A stretch of DNA of 63,834 bases from Podarcis pityusensis (Eukaryota). This document shows positions 26,486 through 40,461 of the stretch, piece by piece (the first letter of the stretch is position 1; every line of letters begins with the position of its first letter). Made by a program: the position numbers and the translations under genes. The notes below the pieces were generated by a model. That model ran no database searches. It was not told where the DNA came from and saw only the letters and a program-made list of their open reading frames with translations. The stretch is taken from NCBI GenBank assembly GCA_964106645.2, contig OZ067038.1; one strand, given 5' to 3'.

Positions 26486-29400
26486 ACAAAGCCAAACTAA
26501 AATTACACTAGGTGGTGCCTTAAAAAAAAAGGCACACCTCTTTACCTTTATATTATCTGTTTTGTGATTGCTTTTTTTTGCAATTGCTGTTTTTTATAAC
26601 TGCTTTGAATGTTGTGCTTCAAATGGTTGTAACCTGCCTTCAGACTTTCAGGTGAAGAGCAGGTAATTAACTAAAATAATAGTTCTGCTTCTTCAGCATG
26701 CCTGATGTTTACATACTGGGCTTTATGTAGTCACAGGGGCCGCCGTGCCTTATGTCTTAACACAAACCACACAACCTAAATATATTGTGGTTTTTGGTAC
26801 ATAGATCGCATCATTTTGGCCTGCACACACTCTGGGAGTCTGCCTGTGCATGCTCTCCTATGCAGACAAGGGTGGACTTTCAGTGGGCAGGGAGAATGGC
26901 ATTGGCAGGCATAATCACTACCATTTCCCACGATTCCTCCATGCATGTCTGCACGGGGGTTCAAACTACTGGTAGGCCTAGAAAAATCCCAGCCTATGCT
27001 GTTTCCAGCAGCATAAATTCATGCCAAGGTGGTCATGACATCCCCTGGCATGTAGTTGGAATGTGCAGGCTTTGGCATTCCAACACAAACCACCCCTAAA
27101 CGTGGACTCGTGGCGGAAGGCCAAAACCCAAGTCTGGGCTAAATCCAGTCTGTGATGGCCGTTTCACATGCCTGGCTCACCCACTGCAGCAAACCAGCTC
27201 AGTCAATGGCTTTCTCCCCCAACTGCTATGAGCTGAGATTCATAATAAGAATAGATAGCACAGCATGGAACTAGGAGAAGGGAGATCATGAGAAGGAAAA
27301 CACAAGCCATATTGTAAACTTCAGGGCAAAGTCTACATCCAAATGGGGGGCGGGCGGGGTTTGTATTAAAAAACTGATCTTAAAGTCGCACTTCAATAGC
27401 TGGCAAAACTCAAAAGTGCCCACTTCTGAGCCATAGGTGGACAAAGTCATTTGAGTAGGAAACAAAGAATGTGGCATTGCTTGCATAATTTAGCTGTGGT
27501 GTTTTGCAAATGTGCATGGCAGTTACCAGGATTGCTCAGTGCTCCAGGACATACCTATGTGCAAGAGGGAGACTCAGTGTGCAAGTATACATGAAGGGAG
27601 TTGGAATGCTATCATATCCCTGGAATATACTCTTTCTCCAGTATTTTGGTAATGATAAGCATTCCAAACACTTCACAGATATTCACAAGAATTACAATGA
27701 CCCTGTAAGGTTGGCACTTATGACCCCCACGCTGCAGATGTGGGATTGAGAACTGAGATTTACAAGTAGTGACTAGCCAGCAGCCAGCTGACGTGTTTGG
27801 GGCTGAGGTACAGTTTGAACTTTCCCCCAGTCATTATGTAGTTTTATTATTGAGTTGCAGAACCCTAGCTGTATATGAGGTCCTTTTGGGGAAGAGCAAA
27901 CAGATACTGTGCTCCTGCTGCTGTGAATGTAATGCAATGGGTTTTTTTAAGCTATATTCAATGTTCGTGTTTGTTTTCTTTAAAAGTATAAAATTTGTTT
28001 AAATATCTGTAAACTGCAATTTGGACCAAATCTGAGCCACTTAGAACACAGACTTTTAAAACATTTTTGTTTCCTTTTTTATGTTGTTAGCCACCTTGGG
28101 CAGGGTGGGTATTGTAACTGAAACACAGGGTTAAGATTAACTTTAAATTTAATTAAATCAAAATTTGATTCCTTGCACTGTGGTCTACTTTCAAATGGCA
28201 AGTGTCCCAGTTCACCTCAAATGTTTCAGTCAGGATCTGTTGTTTGGCAATGCAGTTAGAGTTATTCTTTGAAAGCCACTGATACACTCAGATCAAAGTT
28301 GCAGGTAACTTGTTTGATTCCCTCTTCTTGTTTTTGATTTGCTAAACAGCTAAGCTGAAGAAGAGCTCTAATGTTATTTCAGTTGCTCCTCATAAACTTT
28401 GTTAAAGGTATGGCACTACTATCACACGATCAGGGAGCTCACATGAAGCAGATAGTCCCAAATCTCTATTCCATGTGAACTTTATGCCAGCTGCACTCAT
28501 CCACTGGGAAAGCACAATGCACGATTATCTCAGTTTTGTTGAAAAGGCAGCTGAGAATCCCTGGGCATGTGATAAGAATAGTGACTTTTATCCACATAAA
28601 AGTCATAACATGAGCAGGAAAATCAGTCATGTTAACTGACCTCAGGTGGACTCCCTTAGATGAAAGAGAGAGAAAAGGGGGGAGGGAAACCATGTCACAT
28701 TTTAGAGGAAAATAAGGGGTTGTATTCAAGCGGTTGGGTTCCTCTGCTCATGAGAGACTTTTTTTCCTCCACTGAGGCTTCTGTTAATGGAAAGGAGAAG
28801 GAAGACAGTTTTCATAAATTCCTCCCTTTATCCTGCAGCCCCCACCCCCTGTGCCACCTTCAGTGCTGCTGTGGTCCCCCAACTTTCTTGAGCAGATGGG
28901 GGGATTAGTTAACAGCCACCTTCTTCCCCTTCTACTTACAAAAAAAACCAACTCCACAGGTTTAAAAATCCTTCCACAAGCAAAGGGACACCATTGGATA
29001 CCACCCCCACCCCTAATACTATAATAAACTATAGGAAAACACTCCTAATTACTTTGCAAGCATATGGTGGTAAATGCCAGATGACTAGATGCTAGAGAAC
29101 AGGATCTGACAAGGCAAAGAATAAAGAATGCCTCGAATGGCAACGGTGTTCATAACAGAAAGGGAATCAGACAAGAACTGAAAAATATCTCAGAAAGTAT
29201 GAGATTCCTTTGCTCTCAAGACAATTATTCAGGCATAGTTTGATCAGGTCAGTGATGTGATAATAGCCACAGAAAGATGGCATTGCAAAGGTCATCCATG
29301 TCATTCTCTCCTGTACCTGAAATACAGCTTCTGGTAAAGCCCTCCCTTGACATCCCTATCCAGCCTCCGCTTGAAAACAGATAAAACAGAGCAGGGTGTT

Positions 29401-31985
29401 TTGCTTTATTACTGAAATGACTTAAACATACAAAGCTATAGATTGTGATATTATTTCAGTGTTTTTTTAAAAAAATGATTGAACCCCCTATGAAGGTAGA
29501 TAGGTAGGTTCTTCAAAAGTTTAGTGCCTGGTGCCTTTACTTTTCTTCGTGAACAAGCCACAAAGAGATTTAGAGCCCAGTCCTAACCCCCAGATCAGTG
29601 CTGCTGGAGAGAATTAAGATTAGCTGGAGCTGTCCCTGCACTGGGCTCACTGCTGGGTGGAGGGGAAAGGGCTTTGCCACAGAAACCCCCACTGTGCCCA
29701 TCAGGACTGCAGGCAGTTGAGAAGCTTCTGTTCTGGGGTGAGGGCAGAGAAGGGCTGGACAGGAATTTGCTGGAGCCTAAGTCAATCCATTTGCAGGAGA
29801 CATGCCCAGTGTGGGCTCCTGGGCTGTGCCAGTCTAGAGCTGGTGCAACAAAAAATTAAAATAAATAAATAAATCCCCCTCCACCTACTGATCTGGCTAG
29901 CAGGAGCTGGCAGGGCTGCAGATGGAGCAGAGGATTTCGGCACTCTGCGCCCCTCTGGCCCCTCTTCAGATTGCTCTGTTATTTGTTGTTTATTTGCTTT
30001 TTTTATATTTCAAACCAGCATGTATTCTTTAACGGCAAAAAAAATGCATGCTCAGTTTTGGGTTCAATTTGCTGTTTAGCCTCTAAATTTGTCCCAGCCT
30101 TATGAAGTGATTCTGTGCTTTTATCTCCCTGCATCTCCCCCTCCCCCTTTTTAGGCCACTGAATAGAATCCAGCCCTGATCTCATTGGCTGATTTGACAA
30201 TTCCGTCTCATTGATGGAGAGATGCCTTTGAAATGACCCTGGGTGAGATTAACATGTGAAATTATTTATGAGTTATGTAAGACAACTTAAACGATGATTA
30301 AAATACATACATGGTTCTTCACTACAAGTATACAGCAACGTCACATGGTCTACAACAGAGCAAAGCTTTAAATTGTCCTGATGTTTTCGTCAGGAGGCCT
30401 GGTATTGATTCTGTTAACAAATCTTCTCATTCTCCTTCTTTATCCCCTTGCTAAAACTCATTATTTGATAGAGTAAAGGCTGTTTCATTGTTGTATTACG
30501 ATCGGAAAAGCACCAATGGGGGTGATATATAAATACAATTAATTATTATTATATGTTTAAAGATATCTTACACAAATATTTGTGTGTGTGTGTGTGTATT
30601 TGCACTGTGCTTTTATCCCACATCCTGACTCTCTTAGGATTTGCAATGAAAAATAATTATATCTAATCATTTTATACACACCCACACACCCAAAGGTTTA
30701 CAATTTCATTGCTACATATAAAAAACATGTAACAGCCCAAAGATACAGGCTTTTTGGGCTTAGATATGGGCAAACCATGTGTTTTGAAAAGCGATAAATT
30801 TTGTTATTCCAGTGATATAACAGTAAGTAGGTTTGGGGACTGAGGAGTGTGTTTGCAAAGAAATTCCAGACTTGGAAGGTACATAAGGAATCATCTGGCA
30901 GCGGTTTGATTTTTTAAAGGCAGCTGATTGAAGCCACTTAGGGGTTTGGATGTTAGAAGTAGTCCCGGTGGAGCTGGATTAATGGGCAGAGTGTAGTGAG
31001 GCGGTCAAAGGTGCGTTATAAATGCAATTTGGCGTAATTGCAAATACCACACTTGCTCTGTTGTTACAAAGAAGAAAGACTTCCATTTCTAGTGCAAATT
31101 TCATGAGCTTTGAATTTACTCCAAGAAACTGCATATTATTTAAGTATAAAAAGTAATCCTCATATCTGAGTCGAGTGATAGAAAATTATCTATAAACAGC
31201 ATGTAATTTTTTTTATGAATCAAGCTCTAAATAAGGAAAACTTGTGAGCTAGGAATTCAGAAGAGCAGCAAAAGAGGGCTGATTTGCTGCTAAAGCTTGA
31301 GAACAATATTTAGTTTACCGAATCAATCTGGAAACAAAAGTAGTGCTTGCCTCAGCATAAAAGCTACAAAAATTATATATAAAAAGAAGTCTTAATAAAA
31401 CATGCAGTTGGAAAGAAAAGAAGAATTAAAGGGAGGACGCCACCATGAAAGCTCTCGTCGTTTCTTGTGAATGATGAAATGGAGCATATCATTAACCAAG
31501 GTAACAAGGCCACAGGACTCCTAGGCATGCCTATGAAAATATTAATTTGTCCAATATGCAAAAATTCCTGCATATCTTTACTGTGGGGTGTGGGTGTGAA
31601 TTTGTGCCAAAGGAATTTGCTGCGGAAAACTAAAAATGAAACGTCCATTGGGTGTTGGGAACTCCACACATACGAATCTTTTGTCACTACTAGGTTTTTT
31701 TTAAGTGGAGAATGAATGGTCACTCCATGCCACCAACTTGCTGTCACCATGCTTCCTCCTCTTTCTCAACCCCTTCCTTAACCGTCTTCTGAGCACAGCT
31801 GCCTGGAAGCTCCCAGAGTTGATATAAGGACAACTGTTTAGAAAGATGAAGGGAGAAAGGGTTTGGGGGAAAGTGTGTAGCAGTCGGAGGACCAAGACTG
31901 CTATGAACTTTCTCCCAAACCCTTTCTCCTGCCATCTTTCTAAGCAGATTGTCCATATATCAACTCTGTAAGTTAAGCTAGGCTA

Positions 31986-32026
31986 AATAATAATAATAAT
32001 AATAATGATGATGATGATGATGATGA
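31986..32026. repeat. (TAA)n(TGA)n trinucleotide tract, probably a retroposon tail
   Basis: Direct reading; abuts a SINE-like fragment. Confidence 0.9.
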
Positions 32027-35000
32027 CTGGCCCAAGCCACCCAGTGAGCTTTATGGCAAAGCAGAAACTGGAACCCAGATCCATTACCAAATCCTACGGT
32101 CGAAACCCAATATTATATCCACATCGCCGCACTGGTTCATGCTATACAGTTTAGTCACTCCACGTTCTCATATGGCAACAAGGAATCAATTCAGGAGATC
32201 AAACAGGGAGTCATTGTAAGCTGCTGGTTGCTTAAATTTCCAATTTTAGGTTGCTGGCATCCAACGCGTTACTAATCTGGGTAGCAGAGTTAATAAAAAA
32301 TATTTTAGTCTAGTAACTTTCAAATAATTATTTGAAAGACAGTGTTTTACATCTAAGCACTTCTGTTTGGCCCCCAAGGGTTACTATTCAGTGATAGGCT
32401 GTAGGAGACTTAAGCAGTCTCCTGGTCACTACCAATGGCCCATTACCAATGGCCCTTATCAAACGGGACTCTTTGAGAATTAAAATATCTTGCCCTGACA
32501 GAAATCAGAATTAACTACCAAACCTAACTTCTGTTTCGTTTTCCCCAGTGGTGCTCATCCAACAGGTAGCATATGGACTTTGAAATGCTGCTGGCCTTTC
32601 AATACTTTCTCCTAGCTCATTTGGCCACATACTACTGGCATAAGACTATGACAGAATGGGCTTTTTTGCAGGAAGCATCTCAGATGGTTGGATACAGTAC
32701 ACAGGGCTTAGATTTCTGTTATAGTATATCTAACATGTGAATTCCAAACTCCTTTTAAGAATGACAAGAACAGCAGCAGCAGCAACATGGCTTCACTTTT
32801 CTAAAGTAGTGTAATCCAAGTCACAAAACTTGTGCCAAAAAAGTGGGCTTGAGACCTCAGTGTAGTCAGGAACCAAGGAGAGGTAAATCACTTTAAAATC
32901 ACAGGGGAATATGAAGAGCACAGATAAATAGAAGTGTATGGCATGAGCTAGTCAACTGGGCCACTGCATAAGTATTAGCTTCACTGCATTGTGTGAAAGC
33001 TGTATATGATATAACTGGTTATAAGGCGACAGCATCAGACCATTCCAGAACAGCTGACCTACAAAGAAGAAGAAAAGTGTGGACTGCATCTTCAGACAGA
33101 TCAACACTTTGGCTTATAAATCTATGCCCATTATTTGTGCTACTCTAGAAAGACAGGATAAGCACTAACTGTCCCCAAAAAGATGAGGAAGGGATAATGA
33201 TTCAGGCACTGAAAGCAAAGGTTAATTGCAGTTCAGAGAGTCTTGCCCCGAACACAGAGTGAAATTTCTCATATATATTAATAGACGAGACAGCCATTCC
33301 ATCGCTCTGGCTTTTTCCATAACTTTATCAGTTTAATTTGCAATTCACTTAACATTTACAAAAGAGGCCAAAGAAGAAGGAAAAGAAGGAAAAGAAAAAG
33401 GCGCATGGCCTTTACATTTTCTTGAAGTAAACTTTAGCTGCGTAAATATGCAAGACAGGTAATGGAATAAGAAGGGCAGGCTCGTGTTAGTTTGCAAGTG
33501 TTCCCCCTTAACTTACCACTACTGTGCTGCTGTTCCACCAAATTAGATTAAGGTCACAATACTATAAACACTTGCCTAAGGGTAGGTCCCATTTAATTCA
33601 GTTGAACTGAGTAGACATGCATAGGATTGCATTCGTAATCTGATTAAATGGCCTTTTACTACTCTGACTAAAGTTAGGATAAAACTATATCCTGATGTTT
33701 CCTGCTATATGAAGACTGCTTTTGCTGAAGTTCACAAAACAAACATGTGTCAGAGATGAAGGAAACTTAAATCCAAATCTCTTAACTCCGGGACTAGGCA
33801 GTTCTATTGTGGGAGTGATTCTTCTCTTCAAACACTTTTATTTGTGCTAAAACTTGAGGCAGAATCTCACAGAAATATAAAATAGATAATGGTCAGGAGG
33901 AAAGGAGTATTACAGCATTGCACATAAAGTCTTCCTTGCTTGTTTAAAATCAAAGCATATTATCTGCTTTTTTTGCAAATCAAGGTGCCTGACTTGTCAA
34001 ATTTCCAGCCTTTCAATTGTCAGCCTATGACTGTGGAGCTTATGGACCACCGACTTTACGGGATTCAACCATATGTCCAGATCCCAGTATATGAGAAGGC
34101 CAGCTCTAACATAAGAGGTTTACGGTAGTAGTGTAGCAAACCATAATATTTGCAGATGGCTGCAATAAAATCATTCAGGAGAGGAAAGGTGCAGGGATGT
34201 AAACCTGCAAAGCTTTTCCTCCTCTTCAGCCATACAAACAATTGCATCTGAGTAATGCAATGTAAGGAATATGCACACCAATGAACCAAACAAGCTGGTG
34301 GTCCAAGATGCTACTTTATTTCCCCGCACCCCTAATCCCATGCGTATTTTAACTTCCTTTTTATTTTCTGCATAGGATTTAGCTTAAAGAGGCAAGGAAA
34401 GAGTACTAATGTTGTGGAAGACCTTTTATTCCTCAGTTTCAAAAGACTCAAGTGAAAGATTTTGTGTCTTTTAAAAGACACAGCAATCAAACGGGAGTAA
34501 ACAGTGTTGTTTTAATACAAGATGTTTTGGATCTTTCTTCATTATTCTTGTTTAGGCTTAGTTAGGATTTTGAACTAGGCAATATTGAAAGATACAGTAA
34601 ATCACGGGCACAGTTAGGCCAACTCCACAATTTATGTGGCAATCATTATTGTCCATCAGTTGACTAGTGTTACAGTGCATGTCCCTCACACGTGCTTTCC
34701 ATGTTGGCAGACAATTTTATTATTATTATTTATTGAATTTATATAGTGCCCTAATACCCGGGGGGTCTCAGTGTTGTTATTACATATAAACAAACAAAGA
34801 AACAAAATACAAGGGTAGAGCCACCCTTTGCTTCATTCCCCACACCACACCCCAAGTGTTAGGACATTGTCAGTTCAGAACACAGGTGACCAGACTGTGA
34901 CAAATTATATGCCCTTTTCATGATTCTGTCCTGTTTGGTGACTGACTGCTAATCAGCCGTTTGTCATACACACTTGCCTCTGTTGGTAAAAGTGTGCATG

Positions 35001-35160
35001 GCAATTAGGGATGGAGGATTTAATCCATTGGGTAAGTGATGCAGGAAAGACCAGAAGCACCTGCCACTCATGAAGCAGGCTGCCCTGTATTCTGGAGTGT
35101 ATTCACTATTACAAAGTGAAGGACTATTAGGGGAAGAGTTTTTAAAGGATTTGAAAAATT

Positions 35161-35163
<3 letters not shown>

Positions 35164-35197
<34 letters not shown>
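35164..35197. repeat. (AC)n microsatellite
   Basis: Direct reading. Confidence 0.95.
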
Positions 35198-35199
<2 letters not shown>

Positions 35200-36253
35200 A
35201 AACTTTGTTTATAAATTTGAAGTGAAAGCAGATTTCCCAGATTTTGTAATGAATGTGATTTATAAATGCATAAAAAGCAAAGAGCATGCTGGAAGGCATA
35301 AAAGAAGATCTATTGAAATTTACCATTCATTCTGCTTATTAAATAGAGGTGAATGATTCCCATTCCCACTATCCTTGTCACAGATCCAAGACTAGGAAAA
35401 CAATTAAGAGATGAACTATTGTTAGGAACCATCTTACTGTTTGGGTTCATGCACATGTGTGTGTGAGCTAGACATGTGTACTGGAAGAGAAGACAACAAA
35501 TACTTAAAAAGGGAAGGCAACAGTATTTGTGTTAAATTACCTATATAGAAAATGAGCTAGAGCTTGACTAGATCTGATTTTCCTAAAAGGAGATTCAAGT
35601 TTCAGTCTTTTTCAGGTACTTTTTTACCCTAAACTACTAACCTCTGGATAATTCTCCATGTCTAATATAAATAGCTTTTAATTTTTGTACTCTATAAGGT
35701 AAGATGGGGCTCACTGAACTGTTTCTTCTTCTTTTATATAAAAAGCACAGGGCCCTTAAATTCTTGTCTTTCTGCTTACAGGCAGAAGTCCCCTGGACCA
35801 GATCCCACCTCATCAGACTTTGCAGAGTCAGAGCTTTGATCTTCAGGGGTTCTTCCCTTCAGCTCAGTAAGCAAGTGCCTTTCGATCTACCTTGCCAGTC
35901 CAAGGCAGTGCACCAGGAGAGAGGCCAGAAGGCAAAAAGATGCCCACCTGCACACCAGAGTGTTGGCTCTTTAAGGAGTGTAGCTTTCAAAGAAGAGGAT
36001 CGAGCCTAAGCCTCACTCCAGTGTTTGTTGCAAGATGTGAATGCCTTGTGGGCCCTTTGGAAGACTCCACCACCTGGGCACAATTTTGAAGGCAGATAAC
36101 CTTTTATTCTAAGAGGTTAATAATGCCCTCATCACTTTTAACAATGAGAAGAGCACTCTATACTAAATGCAGATTTTAAGGTCTGCTTCTCGCAATACAG
36201 CCATCACAAGAATGCCATTTGAAACTGGCTTTGTACAGCAACTACTCTGTTAA

Positions 36254-36478
36254 GGCAGTTTCAGGGTCAAAGTGCAAGTAGATAAATAGGTACCACTCTG
36301 GTGGGAAGGTAAACGGCGTTTCCGTGCGCTGCTCTGGTTCGCCAGAAGCAGCTTAGTCATGCTGGCCACATGACCCAGAAGCTGTACGCTGGCTCCCTCG
36401 GCCAATAAGCAAGATGAGCGCCGCAACCCCAGAGTCGGCCACGACTGGACCTAATGGTCAGGGGTCCCTTTACCTTTT
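36254..36478 (+). mobile_element. Sauria SINE, 5'-truncated
   Basis: Characteristic core gtgcaagtagataaataggtacc...ggccacatgacc...aaccccagagtc and a tail ending ctttaccttt. Confidence 0.88.
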
Positions 36479-36917
36479 ATCTAAATTGCCACCATACTAT
36501 GAGGAACAGACCTGAAGAAGAACTGAAGAAGATAAGCAACCTCTCTTACAGTACACTACCATCTGACAGATAAAAGGATAACTTGTTAAGCGTGTAAGGA
36601 AGGTGTAGATAAGCTTCAGGCATTTCCAGACCAAAAATTCTGTGACGGTGCTCCACTTCACTGTACAGATCATCAGTATGTATATACGCAAAGCACTGTA
36701 CACACTCAGGTTCCCTCTTGGTTCAACTGAACTAGCACTTTCATGTGTATTAATTCTCATATATACATTTTTAGAGAGGCAGGCCAAAAGGTAAGCTTTA
36801 ATGTATTTTGATCAGGCCTTTAAATAGCAATATAGGTGTTTAATCACAGGTGCAAGAGATTTAGCTATTGTTAGTCCCCCACCCCCTTACATAGATGTTT
36901 ATGGGCAGATTGTCTAA

Positions 36918-37015
36918 CACGGAGTTTCCCAAACTTGGTCTCCATCTGTTTTTGGACTACAACTCCCATCAACCTTTGCTAGCAGGACCAGTGATCAGGG
37001 ATGCTAGGAATTGTA
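36918..37015. mobile_element. hAT-like MITE fragment
   Basis: tttcccaaact...tttttggactacaactcccatc...gggatgctaggaattgta, with an internal inverted repeat. Confidence 0.55.
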
Positions 37016-37193
37016 CAAACAAAAGAGTACAAAATTAACATGTGAAGAAGTGGGGGGGGGGAGTCATACTGAACTAAACAAAGCACACAATTTCTTCCTT
37101 TTGAATGCCTTAAGCATATGTTGCATCTTATGTTGCACAAGTGTACTCATTAAATATTATGAAAAGTACCACATGCAAGAAAGCTTGTCTCTA

Positions 37194-37451
<258 letters not shown>

Positions 37452-38395
37452 TTATACAATATCCTGCGTTCCTATAGTATGTTAGTTACTATATTTAGTT
37501 TCATCCGTAACCAGGTAAGCACCCTGAGTTACAATAAGCAGCCTCATTGGCTCACACTCAACTTTTTATCCCATTAAGTCTTACGTGAGTAGTGCAAAAC
37601 ACGTATGTCCAGAGCTGCATCCCAGAGAGTATGTTTAGGATGCCACTTGGAGTCTGAAAAATCATCTGATGACACGGGGCTGCCACAAAAACATATTTTC
37701 TCAATATCTCCTATAACATCTGTGGTGTCTTAATGTTGTTTGTTTTCTGCTGTCTCTGCACATCCCTGGCGGATGGGCTTGGGGAAGTGCGCAACATGGC
37801 GATGTCACAACATGGGGATAAATAATCATTACAAGGAGACATGTCTTCATTGTGGCAGATGCATTTGTACCTGCTGCCCTGTATCACTAAAAATATAGTT
37901 TCAGTCTCAATTGGCATGGGCACCCAAAGCATAACAGAAAAGGCAGAAGCTGGCAAAATTGTGGCTGCATAAGCAATCTGAACCCTTTTACAGGCTATCA
38001 TGTGCTCAGTCTCTCCCTATGCTGAGGGAGGGTATGAACTAATAGTGTGTAGTACTGATGGCTGCTCCTGAAATGCTGTTATGAAATGCTATATCTATGC
38101 AATGGAAGAGAACAGATGGACAAATGGCCACTTATACCATTACCAAGTCAGGGAACATGACAACAACCAGAGTCAGCTCCACATAGTTCTTTGTGATTTC
38201 ATCCCTGTGGAAAGCACTGGTGTGATCAGAATATGATGTAACCACTTTCCACAGGACCACAGATGCCAGCGTGTTTTGATGGAACTCCTGCTCACATTAC
38301 TTAATTTGTTGAAGTCATATCCAAATATGTGCCAGCTTTCAGTTCCAGGAGGTCATAGTTGTCCTGCATGACTAAACCCATCACCCCAAAATTAA

Positions 38396-38485
38396 GGCTG
38401 CAATCCTATACATACTTACCTGGGAGTAAGTCTCATTGAACTCAATGGGACTTAATTCCTCAGCAGGCATGCACAAGATCACACC
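38396..38485. repeat. Short dispersed semi-palindromic repeat (related copies at about 21198-21290 and 33555-33630)
   Basis: Shared caatccta...cttacctgggagtaag...cattgaactcaa...gacttXcttc.gagtagacatgcata motif seen in several copies in this window. Confidence 0.65.
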
Positions 38486-40259
38486 ACATAAGCACTCTTG
38501 GACATAACTGTGAGGGGCACAGGAAGTGCAAGTGCCGCATTCTTCCGTTTCATAATTCCCTCACCTTCACTTCTCAGAGATACCCAAGCAAATTCAAGGA
38601 TTCATGTTTTCTGAGGACAATGAGAGTGGAGGATATGGACATTCTGTTTTGAATGATACAGAGATGCAAGAAAACTTGTATTTCCTATCGTCCCCACATC
38701 TATAGCTGCTCTAAAATGTAGGACATATCATTTAATAAACAAAAAACATGCTATGGATGTGTGCACTCTGGCCTACAGCTTATCATGTGGAATCTGGCTA
38801 ACAACATGGACAAGGTTGTACACGGAATTTGAAAGGAAGGCTTCGGTGACAAGATAGCAAGCAACTTTTGCTTTATAAATATTCTGAGGTTAAGTACTTT
38901 GATGTATAAGCATTTCGAGGTTAAAACAGCAGTATCTGAAGCTGCTCTAACATCTATTCAACTTTTAGGATAATTCTGCAAAGTAACTGGAAGTTACAGA
39001 ATGTCATAGTGTGTCGCAAACCTAAAATAAATGTGCAAACACAGCTTTGTCTTTGTGTAAAATCCTGTATAGATAATTTATTAACAAATAGCTCTACATA
39101 CTCTGTAGGGTTGAAACTTGTATTTCTCGAACAGGCTCCCTCCTCCAATAGCCCTTCACACCATAAGCCACTTGGGAACAAGAGCAATATGAAACTAGTA
39201 TGTGTGTCTACTGCTCAAGGAAAAGATTGTGGTAGTTTTTAGGGTTGCAGAATTTGTAGCTTGCAGTGCACTTCTGTGCATGTTTTATTGGAAATAAGCC
39301 TTGCTGAGTTCAATAGGACTTACTTCTTGGTCAGTATGCTTAAAATTCCAAAGTGCATTGTGTTCATAATAATAGGAGGTTGTAAAACAAAAACAAAACC
39401 CAAAAATAACATACACACAGTCACAAACCACTAGGTACAAGCAACAATGACAGAGCTTTTCTTTCAAGACACCAGACTATAAGTGTTAGAAAGGCTTCAA
39501 AATGAAGTTTATATTTAGGCACAAAATATTATTATGCAATCCACTTAAATGTATGTCTCCCCTCTAAAGGCCTTGAGCTATATTTTTATATTTAATTTTG
39601 TAATTTGAAATAGGGAATATTAATAACACTTTTTATCAATGCTGTATCTATGTTAAAACAGCCTTCAGCATTAAGCAGTAATGAATGTGGATCAGTAAAT
39701 TATTAAATTTCTTGATATTTATTTTGTCTTGATCCAAAGAGAGTGCAAACTTGCATGATAACGTACATTTCCATTTGCTATCAGACAGTTCAGTTTCTTA
39801 GACTAGGTTTTTACTAATTAATATTAGAGAAGATTAAATAGGCTTAAATACGTTTACAAAGAGGGCAGATGTACTGTAAATTGGAATAGTGGAACAGCTG
39901 TTATGGAGGTACCGTGCTATTTATGCTCCTATTGTGCAGAGAGGGATTACTGCCTGTAACATTAAACCATACCTGATTTTCACATTTGAAAATATAAAAC
40001 ATTTACTAGTTGGTAAAATTACTAATGGAACCTAATAGGTCATATGGGAATGTCCACAGATGTTTTAAAAAATCAACTATAATCAGTTAATCGCTGTCTG
40101 ACAAACTGTAGATGTATTATATATACACAATTCCTACACACTACGCATGTTTCCTGTGGATAAAATCCTTTGCTATATTTAAGTGGACAGATGTCAATTT
40201 TTATTTTTTTATTTTTTTGCAGTTGGGAGAGTTCCTAAAAGTTTGAACTCACCTACATT

Positions 40260-40461
40260 GGGCCATAGCTCAAAGCACATGCCTTTAATGCAGAAGCTTC
40301 CAAGTTCAATCCCCGGCAACTCCAGTTTTTTAAAATAAGGATCTGGTAGCAGATGATGGGTAAAACCTCTGCCTAAAACCCTGGAAAGCCACCAACATTT
40401 AGAGTAAACCTTAATGGGCTCGGTGGGCTGATGGTTTGACTTAGTATAAGGCAGCTTCATA
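40260..40461 (+). mobile_element. tRNA-headed SINE copy
   Basis: Box A/B-like head (catagctca...gttcaatcccc) and 3' end gacttagtataaggcagcttc, shared with 59660-59830. Confidence 0.6.

Noticed and set aside
38412-38423. atacttacctgg identical to the U1 snRNA 5' end
   Set aside because: The match stops after 12 nt and lies within a dispersed repeat, so it is not a U1 gene. Kept only as a cryptic donor on the other strand.
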